60,606 nucleotides of DNA from Dehalococcoides sp. JdFR-56 (GTDB taxonomy: Bacteria; Chloroflexota; Dehalococcoidia; Dehalococcoidales; RBG-16-60-22): contig MTNR01000024.1 in NCBI GenBank assembly GCA_002011495.1, positions 1-60,606 of the forward strand, given 5' to 3'. Shown here one piece after another: positions 17,210 to 26,669 of this stretch. The position numbers were made by a program, and so were the translations under genes. Under the pieces are notes generated by a model that saw only the letters and a program-made list of their open reading frames with translations, did not search any database and was not told the origin of the DNA. Position 1 is the first letter of the stretch. Each line of letters begins with the position of its first letter.

Positions 17210-18261
17210 GGTATCAAGCTCCGGCCGCTGATAATGCGGATGATATCTTGATAGGTAACCGCCAGCAAAAAGGTGATGAGCATGGCAAAGCCGACCATAT
17301 GTATCATCCCCTCCACCCTGGGGGAGACTCGCTTACCCCGCCGCACCCATTCTAGAAGAACAAAGGCGATCCGCCCCCCATCCAGCGCCGGCAGGGGAAG
17401 GATATTGATAATAGCTAGGTTGATACTGAGAAAGGCGGCAAACTCTAAGAGAGGGCCAAACCCGGCTCTGGCCACCTCGCCGGTTATCTGAGCGATACCC
17501 ACCGGACCAGCGACCACGGCTGGAGCAGTGCCGATGAGCATGCTGATGATCCCGTTTTTGAATAGAATAAAGGCCTCAATGCACTCGCGCACCCCCATCG
17601 GTATTGCCTGCCAGAAAGGGAAACGCTCTCTTACCACGGTGGGAGATAGCGTTCGGACGGCGACCCCGATCGCCCCCTGACCCTCTGGAGGCTGCCACCT
17701 CGGTATCACCTGAAATTCTATGGTGGCAGAACCCCGTCTCGCCAGCAGGCTAACCTCCCTGCCCAGGTTGAGCTGGATATGCCGCTGCAGGTCACCGACG
17801 CTATTTATGGGACGCCCGTTTATCTCTATGAGTATATCCCCAGGCTCAATGCCAGCTCTGGCAGCGGGCGAGGCCGGGGCCACCTCCGTCACCACCACCT
17901 CACCGGTGACCACGTTGTGGGGCACCATGAACGCCACCGAGAAGAGAAGCAGCGGGAGCAGGAAATTCATTAGGGAACCGGAGCTCAATACCAGCATCCT
18001 GGTGCCAGTGCCCTTGCTGGCCAGGCTCCCCGGCACCCTGGGGTCCTCCTCCCCTGCCATCTTGACAAAGCCACCAAAGGGTATGGCATTGAGGGAATAG
18101 CGAGTTCCTCCCCGCTTTATTGAGACCAGCCTGGGGGGGAAGCCGAGGCCGAACTCCTCCACCCTGACCCCCGAAGCCTTGGCGGTGAGGAAGTGGCCAA
18201 GCTCGTGGGCGATGATGAGCACCACCAGAACACCAACGAAAGCGACTATGGTGATAAGCAC
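17206..18261 (-). CDS. rseP: RIP metalloprotease RseP-like (M50 site-2 protease with PDZ)
   Basis: HELGH zinc motif at the N-terminus, PDZ segment, C-terminal LPxxxLDGG. 4-nt overlap with ispG. Confidence 0.9.
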   Translation of the reverse strand: MLITIVAFVGVLVVLIIAHELGHFLTAKASGVRVEEFGLGFPPRLVSIKRGGTRYSLNAIPFGGFVKMAGEEDPRVPGSLASKGTGTRMLVLSSGSLMNFLLPLLLFSVAFMVPHNVVTGEVVVTEVAPASPAARAGIEPGDILIEINGRPINSVGDLQRHIQLNLGREVSLLARRGSATIEFQVIPRWQPPEGQGAIGVAVRTLSPTVVRERFPFWQAIPMGVRECIEAFILFKNGIISMLIGTAPAVVAGPVGIAQITGEVARAGFGPLLEFAAFLSINLAIINILPLPALDGGRIAFVLLEWVRRGKRVSPRVEGMIHMVGFAMLITFLLAVTYQDIIRIISGRSLIP

Positions 18262-18264
18262 CGG

Positions 18265-19419
<1,155 letters not shown>

Positions 19420-19511
19420 CTTCCCTACTAGGATAGCATAATCGGCGCACCATTTTCATATTTGGGAGATAGCCTGGCCATGGAGAACAGAGCTTGATAA
19501 GCCATGAAGCC

Positions 19512-20303
19512 TTAGCTCACGAAGCGCACGCTAACGGAGCCAAGCCGGTCAAAGGTGGCGCGGAAGCAGGCGCCGGCCTCGGCGGGAAAGGCCACGGTGA
19601 GCGAGCCGGAGATGACAAATTCACCGGCGTGCAGGTACATGTCATACTCGGCGAGCTTGTTGGCCAGATGGGCCACCGGCTGGGCTGGGTTCCCCAGCAC
19701 CGCGGCACCAGCCCCAGTGGCGATGACCTCACCGTTTTTCTCCAGCACCATGCCCACCAGCCGCAGGTCAATGCCGCTGACCGGGGTCAGCTGGCCGCCA
19801 AGGACAACCATAGCCGCACCGGAATTCTCTGAGATAGGGTCCTGCGCCTTCTGTCTCCGCTCCTTGAAACGGGAGTCAGCGATCTCTATGGCAGGCATGA
19901 CACCGGCGGTAGCTGCCAGAACCTGGGCAGTGGTCACACCAGGCCCTTTCAGGTCATCTTTGAGGACAAAACAAATTTCCCCCTCAATCACCGGGCGCAC
20001 CAGGCGGCTCATTGAAATCGGGTCACCCTCCGCAACCACCATGGAATGGAAAAGGTGGCCGTAAATCGGCTCATTGATGCCAAATAGCTGCTGATTGGCC
20101 TTGGCGCAGAGCCCTATCTTCCGGCCCACGATCTGCTCCCCACCCTCGAGCCTGGTCTGCACCACCCGCATCTGGATGGCATAGGCTTCAGCCACGGTTA
20201 TCTCGGGGAAGCGGTCGGTAAAATTGGTTATTGCCCTGGCCGTTCTCTCCGCCTCGATTACCTCCCGGGCTAACTCGTCAAGCTGCTTTTCTGTCAAAGC
20301 CAT
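19512..20303 (-). CDS. 2-keto-4-pentenoate hydratase / 2-oxohepta-3-ene-1,7-dioate hydratase family protein
   Basis: 263 aa with MhpD/HpcG-like sequence (AYAIQ..., GRKIGL..., EGEICFVL). Confidence 0.75.
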   Translation of the reverse strand: MALTEKQLDELAREVIEAERTARAITNFTDRFPEITVAEAYAIQMRVVQTRLEGGEQIVGRKIGLCAKANQQLFGINEPIYGHLFHSMVVAEGDPISMSRLVRPVIEGEICFVLKDDLKGPGVTTAQVLAATAGVMPAIEIADSRFKERRQKAQDPISENSGAAMVVLGGQLTPVSGIDLRLVGMVLEKNGEVIATGAGAAVLGNPAQPVAHLANKLAEYDMYLHAGEFVISGSLTVAFPAEAGACFRATFDRLGSVSVRFVS

Positions 20304-20402
20304 CGGAGCACCTCCTTGCTCTCATTTGGAGGCTATCTTAAGCGCTTTAAGCTTCCAATGTCAAGGAGTCAAGGAGCAAACTCCCGCCAAAACGCTCGAG
20401 AA

Positions 20403-20439
20403 ATTAAAAATAAAAAGGGGGGCGGTTACGCCCCCCTTT
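20403..20439 (-). terminator. Rho-independent terminator (bidirectional-looking) after the 84-aa gene
   Basis: GGGGGGCG (20417-20424), GTTA loop, CGCCCCCC (20429-20436). On the minus strand TTTTTATTTTTAAT follows. Confidence 0.8.
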
Positions 20440-20461
20440 GGGACACCCAGCATCCTTTAAT

Positions 20462-20716
20462 TCACGCCCTTACCTTGCTTTTCTCAAGCTCCGCGTCCTC
20501 CAGTTCGCCATCCAGCGCTGGAGAGAGCATGGCGGCTTTATCGCGCCCCTCATGCGCGGCGAAGCTGGGCCAGGAATTATGGAACTCCTTCTCCGCCCCG
20601 CAGAGCTTGCAGATACCCCGGCTGGTCGGGCCACGGGCGCCCTCAATAACCCAGTGATGGCAGCATTTATCCTTGATACCAAGCGCCCTAGGCGCTTCTT
20701 TCAGCTTATAACCCAT
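20462..20716 (-). CDS. Small Cys/His-rich (zinc-ribbon-like) protein, function unknown
   Basis: 84 aa with CCHHWVIE...GICKLCG. GGGGAGG RBS. Preceded by a Crp-like site and followed by a strong terminator. Confidence 0.65.
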   Translation of the reverse strand: MGYKLKEAPRALGIKDKCCHHWVIEGARGPTSRGICKLCGAEKEFHNSWPSFAAHEGRDKAAMLSPALDGELEDAELEKSKVRA

Positions 20717-20773
20717 CTCAGAAACCTCCCCACTCTTGGTAAACCCATTTTAGACGAGAACAAGCTCTCTGTA

Positions 20774-20789
20774 TGTGACTTTTGTCCCA
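20774..20789 (-). promoter_or_regulatory. Candidate Crp/Fnr-family operator (site 1)
   Basis: Minus strand reads TGGGACAAAAGTCACA (plus: TGTGAC-TTTT-GTCCCA). Exactly 21 nt downstream is TAAAAT (20752-20747). Confidence 0.45.
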
Positions 20790-20878
20790 CTCCAGCCAAG
20801 CTGAAAAAACCCGTCAAGGAAGAAAGCAAGGCGGATAAATGGTCAGCGGGAAAGGAGATGATAAAGTCTGAGATAATT

Positions 20879-21088
20879 TTACTCCTCAATGACTACCTCG
20901 TAGAGGCAACGTATGGCGCCGGTGGGACAAACCGCCTCACAAAGCGTGCACCAGCCACAATCAGTGGTTTCCACAGCCGTGACCACGTTACCCACCAGCA
21001 CCAGCGCCTGGCAGGAGCACACGCTGAGACACAGCCCACACCCGTTACACTTTGCCTGGTCTATTACCGGCATCTCGATCATCTTCAT
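20879..21088 (-). CDS. 4Fe-4S dicluster ferredoxin
   Basis: 69 aa with CNGCGLCLSVC and CGWCTLCEAVCP motifs. Confidence 0.85.
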   Translation of the reverse strand: MKMIEMPVIDQAKCNGCGLCLSVCSCQALVLVGNVVTAVETTDCGWCTLCEAVCPTGAIRCLYEVVIEE

Positions 21089-21132
21089 CGTTTTGTCCCG
21101 TAGATAGCTTAAAGCAAAGCCGCCTGACTGTC

Positions 21133-21148
21133 TGCGACTTTTGTCTCT
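21133..21148 (-). promoter_or_regulatory. Candidate Crp/Fnr-family operator (site 2)
   Basis: Minus strand reads AGAGACAAAAGTCGCA, 13/16 identical to site 1. Exactly 21 nt downstream is TAAGCT (21111-21106). Overlaps the regulator's stop codon. Confidence 0.4.
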
Positions 21149-21869
21149 AATCAGCCACCCCGGCTATTTCTTTGAGCGCCTTCTTGTCCTTGATCACAAT
21201 GCGATGCCGCTCCAGCCTGACCACTCCCTCCTCCTCCAGGAACTTGAGCGAGCGGCCGATCATCTCCCGGGCCGTGCCCGCCATGGCGGCCATATCCTGC
21301 TGGGTGAGCAGGCGACGCTCGCCACCTTTATCCCCAGCGTACTCAAGAAGTATCCTGGCCAGCCGGCCGGTAACATGCCGGAAAGAGAGGTCCTCAACCA
21401 GTGAAACCAGATGCTCAATGCGCTGAGATAGGACCTGGATCACGTTCTGGGCGAGCTTGTGGTGGTCCCGCAGCATAATTTCTAGGTCGCTTTTCCTTAT
21501 CCCGTAAAGCACTCCGGGGGCCATGGCCTCGGCGCTGGCCAGATTCAGGCCGCCGCCAAAGACGGGGACATCATTGAAGGACTCCCCGGGACGGATGAGC
21601 TGAAGTATCTGCTCCTTGCCCTCGGGCGAGGTCTTGAACACCTTCACCACGCCGGAGGCGACAAAATATAGCTCTCTGGCCGGCTCACCCTCAAACAGGA
21701 TTATCTCCCCCCTTTTTACCTCTCTCTCCAAGATGCGCCTTGCCACCGCGTCCAATTCAACGGGGCTCAAGCCAGCAAAGTAGGGAATGGACTTGAGAAA
21801 CTCAGCCTCAACCACCATATTGCCTAGGATTATATCACCCCTCCCCACCGTGGCGCAAAGGCAGCACAT
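21147..21869 (-). CDS. Crp/Fnr family transcriptional regulator
   Basis: 240 aa with a cNMP-binding-like domain plus C-terminal HTH (TQQDMAAMAGTAREMIGRSLKFLEEEG). N-terminus is MCCLC if ATG 21869 is used. Confidence 0.9.
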   Translation of the reverse strand: MCCLCATVGRGDIILGNMVVEAEFLKSIPYFAGLSPVELDAVARRILEREVKRGEIILFEGEPARELYFVASGVVKVFKTSPEGKEQILQLIRPGESFNDVPVFGGGLNLASAEAMAPGVLYGIRKSDLEIMLRDHHKLAQNVIQVLSQRIEHLVSLVEDLSFRHVTGRLARILLEYAGDKGGERRLLTQQDMAAMAGTAREMIGRSLKFLEEEGVVRLERHRIVIKDKKALKEIAGVAD

Positions 21870-21890
21870 AGCTCCACCCCAAAACTCAAG

Positions 21891-22595
21891 CTAGTCATGT
21901 TTGCGGAAGCAGTAGCCAACTCCAGGCTCGGTGATGATGTACTTGGGCATAGCCGGGTCCGGCTCTATTTTGCGCCGCAGGTGTGAAATATAGATACGCA
22001 CGTAGTCTAGGTCATCCACATATTCCCAACCCCACACCTTCTCCAGTAGCTGCTGGTGCGTCAGAATACGCCCGGCATTCTCCAGTAGCAGCGCCAGCAG
22101 CCGAAACTCTATCGGGGTCAGTTTCACCTGCGCTCCATTGACCATAACCTTCCGCTGCGCCACATCCACAGTGAGAAAGCCGTCACTGAAAGTGACTTCA
22201 CTTACCTTATCTTGGCAGGGAGGTAGCTCAGCGCGGCGCAGCACCGCCCGCACCCTGGCCACTAGCTCTTTATTCCCCACCGGCTTGATGAGATAGTCAT
22301 CAGCCCCATAGTCAAGCCCGCGCACCACGTCATCCTCAGTCTTCCGCTTGCCGGAGAGCATGATGATGGGTATGGTGGGGGAGATGTCACGGATACGGCT
22401 GCAGGTAGTCCAGCCATCCATGCCGGGCATAACTATGTCCAAGAGCACCAAATCCGGCCTGCGGGCAAACAAAAGCCGCAGGGCATCCTGACCGTTATAC
22501 GCCCTGAGCACCTCATAGCCTTTCTCAGTGAGAACCTGAGCTATCAGCTTCACCATGGCTGGCTCGTCATCAACGACCAGAATCTTCTTGGCCAT
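21891..22595 (-). CDS. OmpR-family response regulator
   Basis: Receiver domain (LVLLDIVMPGMDG) plus winged-helix output (LTPIEFRLL..., GVGYCF). Confidence 0.9.
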   Translation of the reverse strand: MAKKILVVDDEPAMVKLIAQVLTEKGYEVLRAYNGQDALRLLFARRPDLVLLDIVMPGMDGWTTCSRIRDISPTIPIIMLSGKRKTEDDVVRGLDYGADDYLIKPVGNKELVARVRAVLRRAELPPCQDKVSEVTFSDGFLTVDVAQRKVMVNGAQVKLTPIEFRLLALLLENAGRILTHQQLLEKVWGWEYVDDLDYVRIYISHLRRKIEPDPAMPKYIITEPGVGYCFRKHD

Positions 22596-22607
22596 CGGCC
22601 CTTCCCG

Positions 22608-22982
22608 CTAATGGTTATTCGCCTGGCGTGGCGGCAGCATTTCCCCGAGCACCCGAAGCAGCTCACGGGTATTGATCGGCTTGGAGAGATAAGCATTACA
22701 GCCAGCGCGGATGAATTTTTCCCGGTCTCCCTTCATGGCATAGGCAGTGAGGGCGATGATCGGGGTATGAGCGAAGGCCGGCATCTGCCTCAGCCTCTTT
22801 GTCACCTCAAGGCCGCTCAACTTGGGAAGCTGGATATCCATGACGATGAGGTCCGGTTGCTCCCGGGTGGCTATATCCAGCGCCTCCTCCCCATCAACCG
22901 CCTTGAGCAAGCTGTAGCCCCGGGGCTTGAGCAGCATCTCCAGCAGCCTCATGTTCTGTGAATTATCCTCGACAATGAGCAC
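22608..22982 (-). CDS. Single-domain CheY-like response regulator
   Basis: 124 aa, receiver only (DLIVMDIQLPKLSG, conserved K in LSKP). Confidence 0.9.
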   Translation of the reverse strand: MLIVEDNSQNMRLLEMLLKPRGYSLLKAVDGEEALDIATREQPDLIVMDIQLPKLSGLEVTKRLRQMPAFAHTPIIALTAYAMKGDREKFIRAGCNAYLSKPINTRELLRVLGEMLPPRQANNH

Positions 22983-23022
22983 TTTCTCTTTCAGTGTTCA
23001 TCCCCCCGTTTCACCCCCGACC

Positions 23023-24699
23023 CTATGACCGGCTGGCCAGAGGCAGAGTAAAGCTAAACCGGCTCCCCTTTCCGTACTCACTCTCCACCCAGATCCGCCC
23101 GCCGTGCTTCTCAATGATCTGCTTGGCGATGGCCAGCCCCAGCCCGGTGCCCCCAGACTCTCTGGGCAGAGAATTACCCAGCTGGCAAAAGGGCTCAAAA
23201 ATCACCTCATGATACTTCTTCTCAATGCCAATGCCATTATCGATGACGCTCACCCGGCACCAGCCATCCTCCCTCACCGCCTCAACCTCAAGCCTACCGC
23301 CATCGGGGGTGAACTTGGTTGAATTGCTCATCAGATTGAGCAGCACCTGTCTTATCTTGGCTTTATCCGCCCGAACCGGGGGCAACCCCTTCTCCACCCT
23401 CACCTCTAGGCTCTGCTTCCTTTTGGCGACGAGGGGCATCATCTCCTTCTTCAGCGAGGCGATGAGGCTGGGCAGGGCAAACCTGGTCAGCTTGAGCTCC
23501 ATCTTGCCTGACTCTATCTTGGAGAGGTCAAGGATATCATTGATCAACCCCAAAAGATGATGGCCACTGCTCAGAACGTCATTCAGGCACTGGCGCTGCT
23601 CCTCGCTCAGCTCCCCAGCCACCCCGTCCAGCATGAGCTCGGAAAAGCCGATAATGACGTTAAGCGGGGTGCGGAGTTCATGGGACATGTGCGCCAGAAA
23701 TTCGGATTTGGCCCGGCTGGCCTCCTCCGCCTCCTTGGTCTTTTGCATCAGTTCCTGCCGCTGAGTCATCAGCTCCTCATTCTGCGCTCTAAGTAGCTCA
23801 TTCTTCTCCCTGAGCTCCTCCTCCATCCGCTTGCGCTCGGTGATGTCCTCCAGAATTCCATCAAAGTACATAATCCGGCCAGCGCTATTCCTCACCGGAA
23901 CTTTGGTGTCAGACACTGTGATCTCAGTTCCATCCTTTTTCCTGAAGCATAGCTCCCTGGTGGTCACCCCGGCAGCTGCGGCGATCTCGGCAAGAACAGC
24001 CTCCCTCTCCTTCGGGCTCCGATACAGGTCAGAGACGTTCATCCGCAATAGCTCTTCCCGGGAGTAGCCAGTGATCCGCTCCATAGCTGGATTTACTTCC
24101 AAAAACCTTCCTTCTGGCTCGGGGGTGCTTCTGAATATCCCCAGGCTGATATTGTTCACCAGGCTCCGATACTTCTCCTCGCTCTCCCGGAGCGTCTCAT
24201 CCGCCCGCTTGTGCAAGCTGACATACACATACAGCACCGGACTCACTACGCCGGCCAAAATCAGGCTACCCACTATGGCGAGGGTGACGTGGGACTCTAT
24301 AAAGCTATGAAGCCCAATCATCACCAGAAACTGAATTGTGCCTATCACGATGGCAAGCCACAGTACCGTCAGCGTGGTACCGCTTATCGCCAACGTCCTG
24401 GCAAAGCGGCCCTCATAGCTGCCTCTCAGCCCCCTCAGCGCCTCTTCCGCCAGCCGGCGCTTGCTTAGATAGTGAAATAGCACCGGGCTCACCACCACCG
24501 TCAAAATCAAGCTATCTACCGCGGCATGGGCAATGCGGGAGAGGGTAAATGCCTGAAGCGCCAGCATAATGGCAAATTCCGCTATCCCGATGACCAGGAT
24601 GAGCCCTAATAAGCTAGCTAGAAAAGAAGCTCTGACCTTTTTCATCCCCTGGTACTTCCTAAAATCTAACACCTCAGGCTGGCTCCTCATGGCCGGCAT
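23023..24699 (-). CDS. Membrane PAS sensor histidine kinase
   Basis: N-terminal TM modules, PAS, H-box [13 protein letters not shown]1/G2 boxes ([25 protein letters not shown]). Confidence 0.9.
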   Translation of the reverse strand: MPAMRSQPEVLDFRKYQGMKKVRASFLASLLGLILVIGIAEFAIMLALQAFTLSRIAHAAVDSLILTVVVSPVLFHYLSKRRLAEEALRGLRGSYEGRFARTLAISGTTLTVLWLAIVIGTIQFLVMIGLHSFIESHVTLAIVGSLILAGVVSPVLYVYVSLHKRADETLRESEEKYRSLVNNISLGIFRSTPEPEGRFLEVNPAMERITGYSREELLRMNVSDLYRSPKEREAVLAEIAAAAGVTTRELCFRKKDGTEITVSDTKVPVRNSAGRIMYFDGILEDITERKRMEEELREKNELLRAQNEELMTQRQELMQKTKEAEEASRAKSEFLAHMSHELRTPLNVIIGFSELMLDGVAGELSEEQRQCLNDVLSSGHHLLGLINDILDLSKIESGKMELKLTRFALPSLIASLKKEMMPLVAKRKQSLEVRVEKGLPPVRADKAKIRQVLLNLMSNSTKFTPDGGRLEVEAVREDGWCRVSVIDNGIGIEKKYHEVIFEPFCQLGNSLPRESGGTGLGLAIAKQIIEKHGGRIWVESEYGKGSRFSFTLPLASRS

Positions 24700-24866
24700 C
24701 TGCGGCTGCCCTGTTCATACGCCAATTCTATTATACTGTCATAAAATATGTCAATAGGCAAACACTAACCCCAGAAAAGCAAATCTAGTCAATGGAATTT
24801 AAGGTGACATGAGGCAGAAAACAGGACAAAAAGTGGGCTCAGGGCTACGGGTGGTGATGGTGCCAA

Positions 24867-25076
24867 TTAGCCCTTGAGGTACTTCCGGATAGCTCTATCA
24901 AGGAGGAAGGTGGCCACATCGGCTCGCCGGAATCTCCGCTCACCCCGGGGGCCGATGCGGTAAGCCTTGACCTCTCCCCGGTCACTCCACCTCCGCACGG
25001 TGCTGGCAGGCACACCGAGCAGACGGGCCACTTCGCCCGTGGTCAGCATATTGCCCATCTCCTTGTAGTGTGGCAC
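24867..25076 (-). CDS. Excisionase/MerR-superfamily helix-turn-helix DNA-binding protein
   Basis: 69 aa. LTTGEVARLLGVPASTVRRWSDRGEVKAYRIGPRGERRFRRADV is the excisionase-family HTH pattern. Confidence 0.75.
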   Translation of the reverse strand: MPHYKEMGNMLTTGEVARLLGVPASTVRRWSDRGEVKAYRIGPRGERRFRRADVATFLLDRAIRKYLKG

Positions 25077-25079
25077 TTC

Positions 25080-25343
25080 CTACCATACCTCCTGATAGAC
25101 GATCTCCGGCGCAGCTTCACAGTCAAACCAGTGGCAGAACATGGCACTCGGCGGGGCGTCTCTTAAGATACTCCCCCTCACCACCTCATACCACCCCTGA
25201 TATTCAGGTATCTGCTCACCCTTGCTATCAAAGACCATCACCATGCCATTTTTGAGCCTGATAGCAGTCTTAATCTCGCCCTTTATCCTTATCACCATTC
25301 TTCCGCCGCTGGGGCTCATTACCTCGGGCATCTCTCCTTCCAT
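25080..25343 (-). CDS. Hypothetical protein (87 aa)
   Basis: ORF 3 nt upstream of the HTH gene on the same strand. No family recognised. Confidence 0.45.
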   Translation of the reverse strand: MEGEMPEVMSPSGGRMVIRIKGEIKTAIRLKNGMVMVFDSKGEQIPEYQGWYEVVRGSILRDAPPSAMFCHWFDCEAAPEIVYQEVW

Positions 25344-25461
25344 CTTAAGCCCATCGGATTAACCGCGCATAAATTTTGCGTTTAAAATCTGTTAAAAATC
25401 CGCCATAAACTTTTTTCATCATCCAAAAAGCAAGACAAGAGATGGCCAAAGCTGGAATTTC

Positions 25462-25491
25462 TTGACTTCCGCGCCCGGCTTTTGTTATAGT
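25462..25491 (+). promoter_or_regulatory. Putative promoter of the IMPDH-family gene
   Basis: TTGACT (25462-25467), 18-nt spacer, TATAGT (25486-25491). Confidence 0.4.
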
Positions 25492-25517
25492 CTTTAGTCA
25501 AAGGAACGGAGAACAGG

Positions 25518-26663
25518 ATGACCGAACCCCAATTCAAACAACTTCGCCGCGCTTACGGTTTCGATGAAGTAGCTATAGTTCCCGGAGACATCACGCTCAA
25601 CCCTGACCAGACCAACATTGATTTCAAGATAGAGGACCTCGTCTTCTCCATTCCCATCATCGCCGCAGCCATGGATGCGGTGACCGATGTCAACTTCGCT
25701 GTGCTGATGAGCCAGATGGGAGGCTTCGCCGTTCTGCACCTGGAGGGCATTCAGACGCGGTATGATAACCCTCACCAGGTGCTGGCGGAGATCGCGCAGG
25801 CACCTCAGGCCGAAGTTACCGCCCTGCTGCAAAAAATCTACTCCGCGCCAATCAAAGAGAACCTCATCGGGGAACGAATCCAGGCGATCAAGCGTCAGGG
25901 AGCCACCTGCGCCGTATCGGTGACCCCGGCCAACACCAAGCGCTTTGCCCCCCTCACCGCTGAAGCCGGGGCGGATATTCTGGTGGTGCAATCCACCGTG
26001 ACCACCGCCCGGCACATATCAAAAAGCTACCGTGGGCTGATTTTCTCCGAGCTGCGCCAAGCCATCCCCATGCCCATCATCGTGGGCAACTGCGTCAGCT
26101 ACAGCGCTTGTCTGGAGCTGATGCGCACCGGAATCTCGGGGGTTCTGGTTGGCGTTGGGCCAGGGGCAGCCTGCACCACCAGGGAAGTCCTCGGCGTCGG
26201 CGTTCCCCAGGTAACCGCGACCATTGACTGTGCCGCGGCCAGAGATGAATACCTGCGCGAGTCTGGCAGGTACGTGCCCATCATCACCGACGGCGGCTTC
26301 CGCCGGGGTGGTGACCTGTGCAAGGCCCTAGCCGCTGGGGCAGATGCGGTGATGCTGGGCTCCATCTTGGCGCAGGCCAAAGAGGCCCCAGGGCGAGGCT
26401 ATCACTGGGGAATGTCCCACCCCCACCCAGCGCTGCCCAGAGGCACCAGGATAAAGGTCGGCAGTACCGGCACCTTGGAGCAAATCCTCTTCGGCCCCAC
26501 CTCAGTGACCGATGGCAGTCAGAATCTGGTGGGAGCAATCCGCACCGCCATGGGAGTCTGCGGGGCGGCCACCATTCAGGATATGCACAAGGCGGAGATG
26601 GTGGTAGCTCCGGCGATCACCACCGAGGGCAAGTCTTGGCAGCTCTCCCAGTCCTGCCACTAA
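25518..26663 (+). CDS. IMP dehydrogenase/GMP reductase family protein lacking CBS domains (GuaB3-like)
   Basis: 381 aa TIM barrel. Catalytic-loop-like GVGPGAACTTREV. No CBS insert. Confidence 0.8.
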   Translation: MTEPQFKQLRRAYGFDEVAIVPGDITLNPDQTNIDFKIEDLVFSIPIIAAAMDAVTDVNFAVLMSQMGGFAVLHLEGIQTRYDNPHQVLAEIAQAPQAEVTALLQKIYSAPIKENLIGERIQAIKRQGATCAVSVTPANTKRFAPLTAEAGADILVVQSTVTTARHISKSYRGLIFSELRQAIPMPIIVGNCVSYSACLELMRTGISGVLVGVGPGAACTTREVLGVGVPQVTATIDCAAARDEYLRESGRYVPIITDGGFRRGGDLCKALAAGADAVMLGSILAQAKEAPGRGYHWGMSHPHPALPRGTRIKVGSTGTLEQILFGPTSVTDGSQNLVGAIRTAMGVCGAATIQDMHKAEMVVAPAITTEGKSWQLSQSCH

Positions 26664-26669
26664 AGCGGC

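Noticed and set aside
21091-21101. TTTTGTCCCGT between the ferredoxin -10 element and its ATG shares TTTTGTCCC with site 1.
   Set aside because: It is only a half-site with no partner arm. It could be coincidence or part of the RBS region and is too short to call.
24821-24839. Possible third Crp-like site (GGACAAAAAGTGGG) upstream of the kinase operon.
   Set aside because: The central spacer is 5 nt rather than 4, the right half-site does not match GTCAC, and there is no -10 element at the 21-nt spacing seen for the other two sites.
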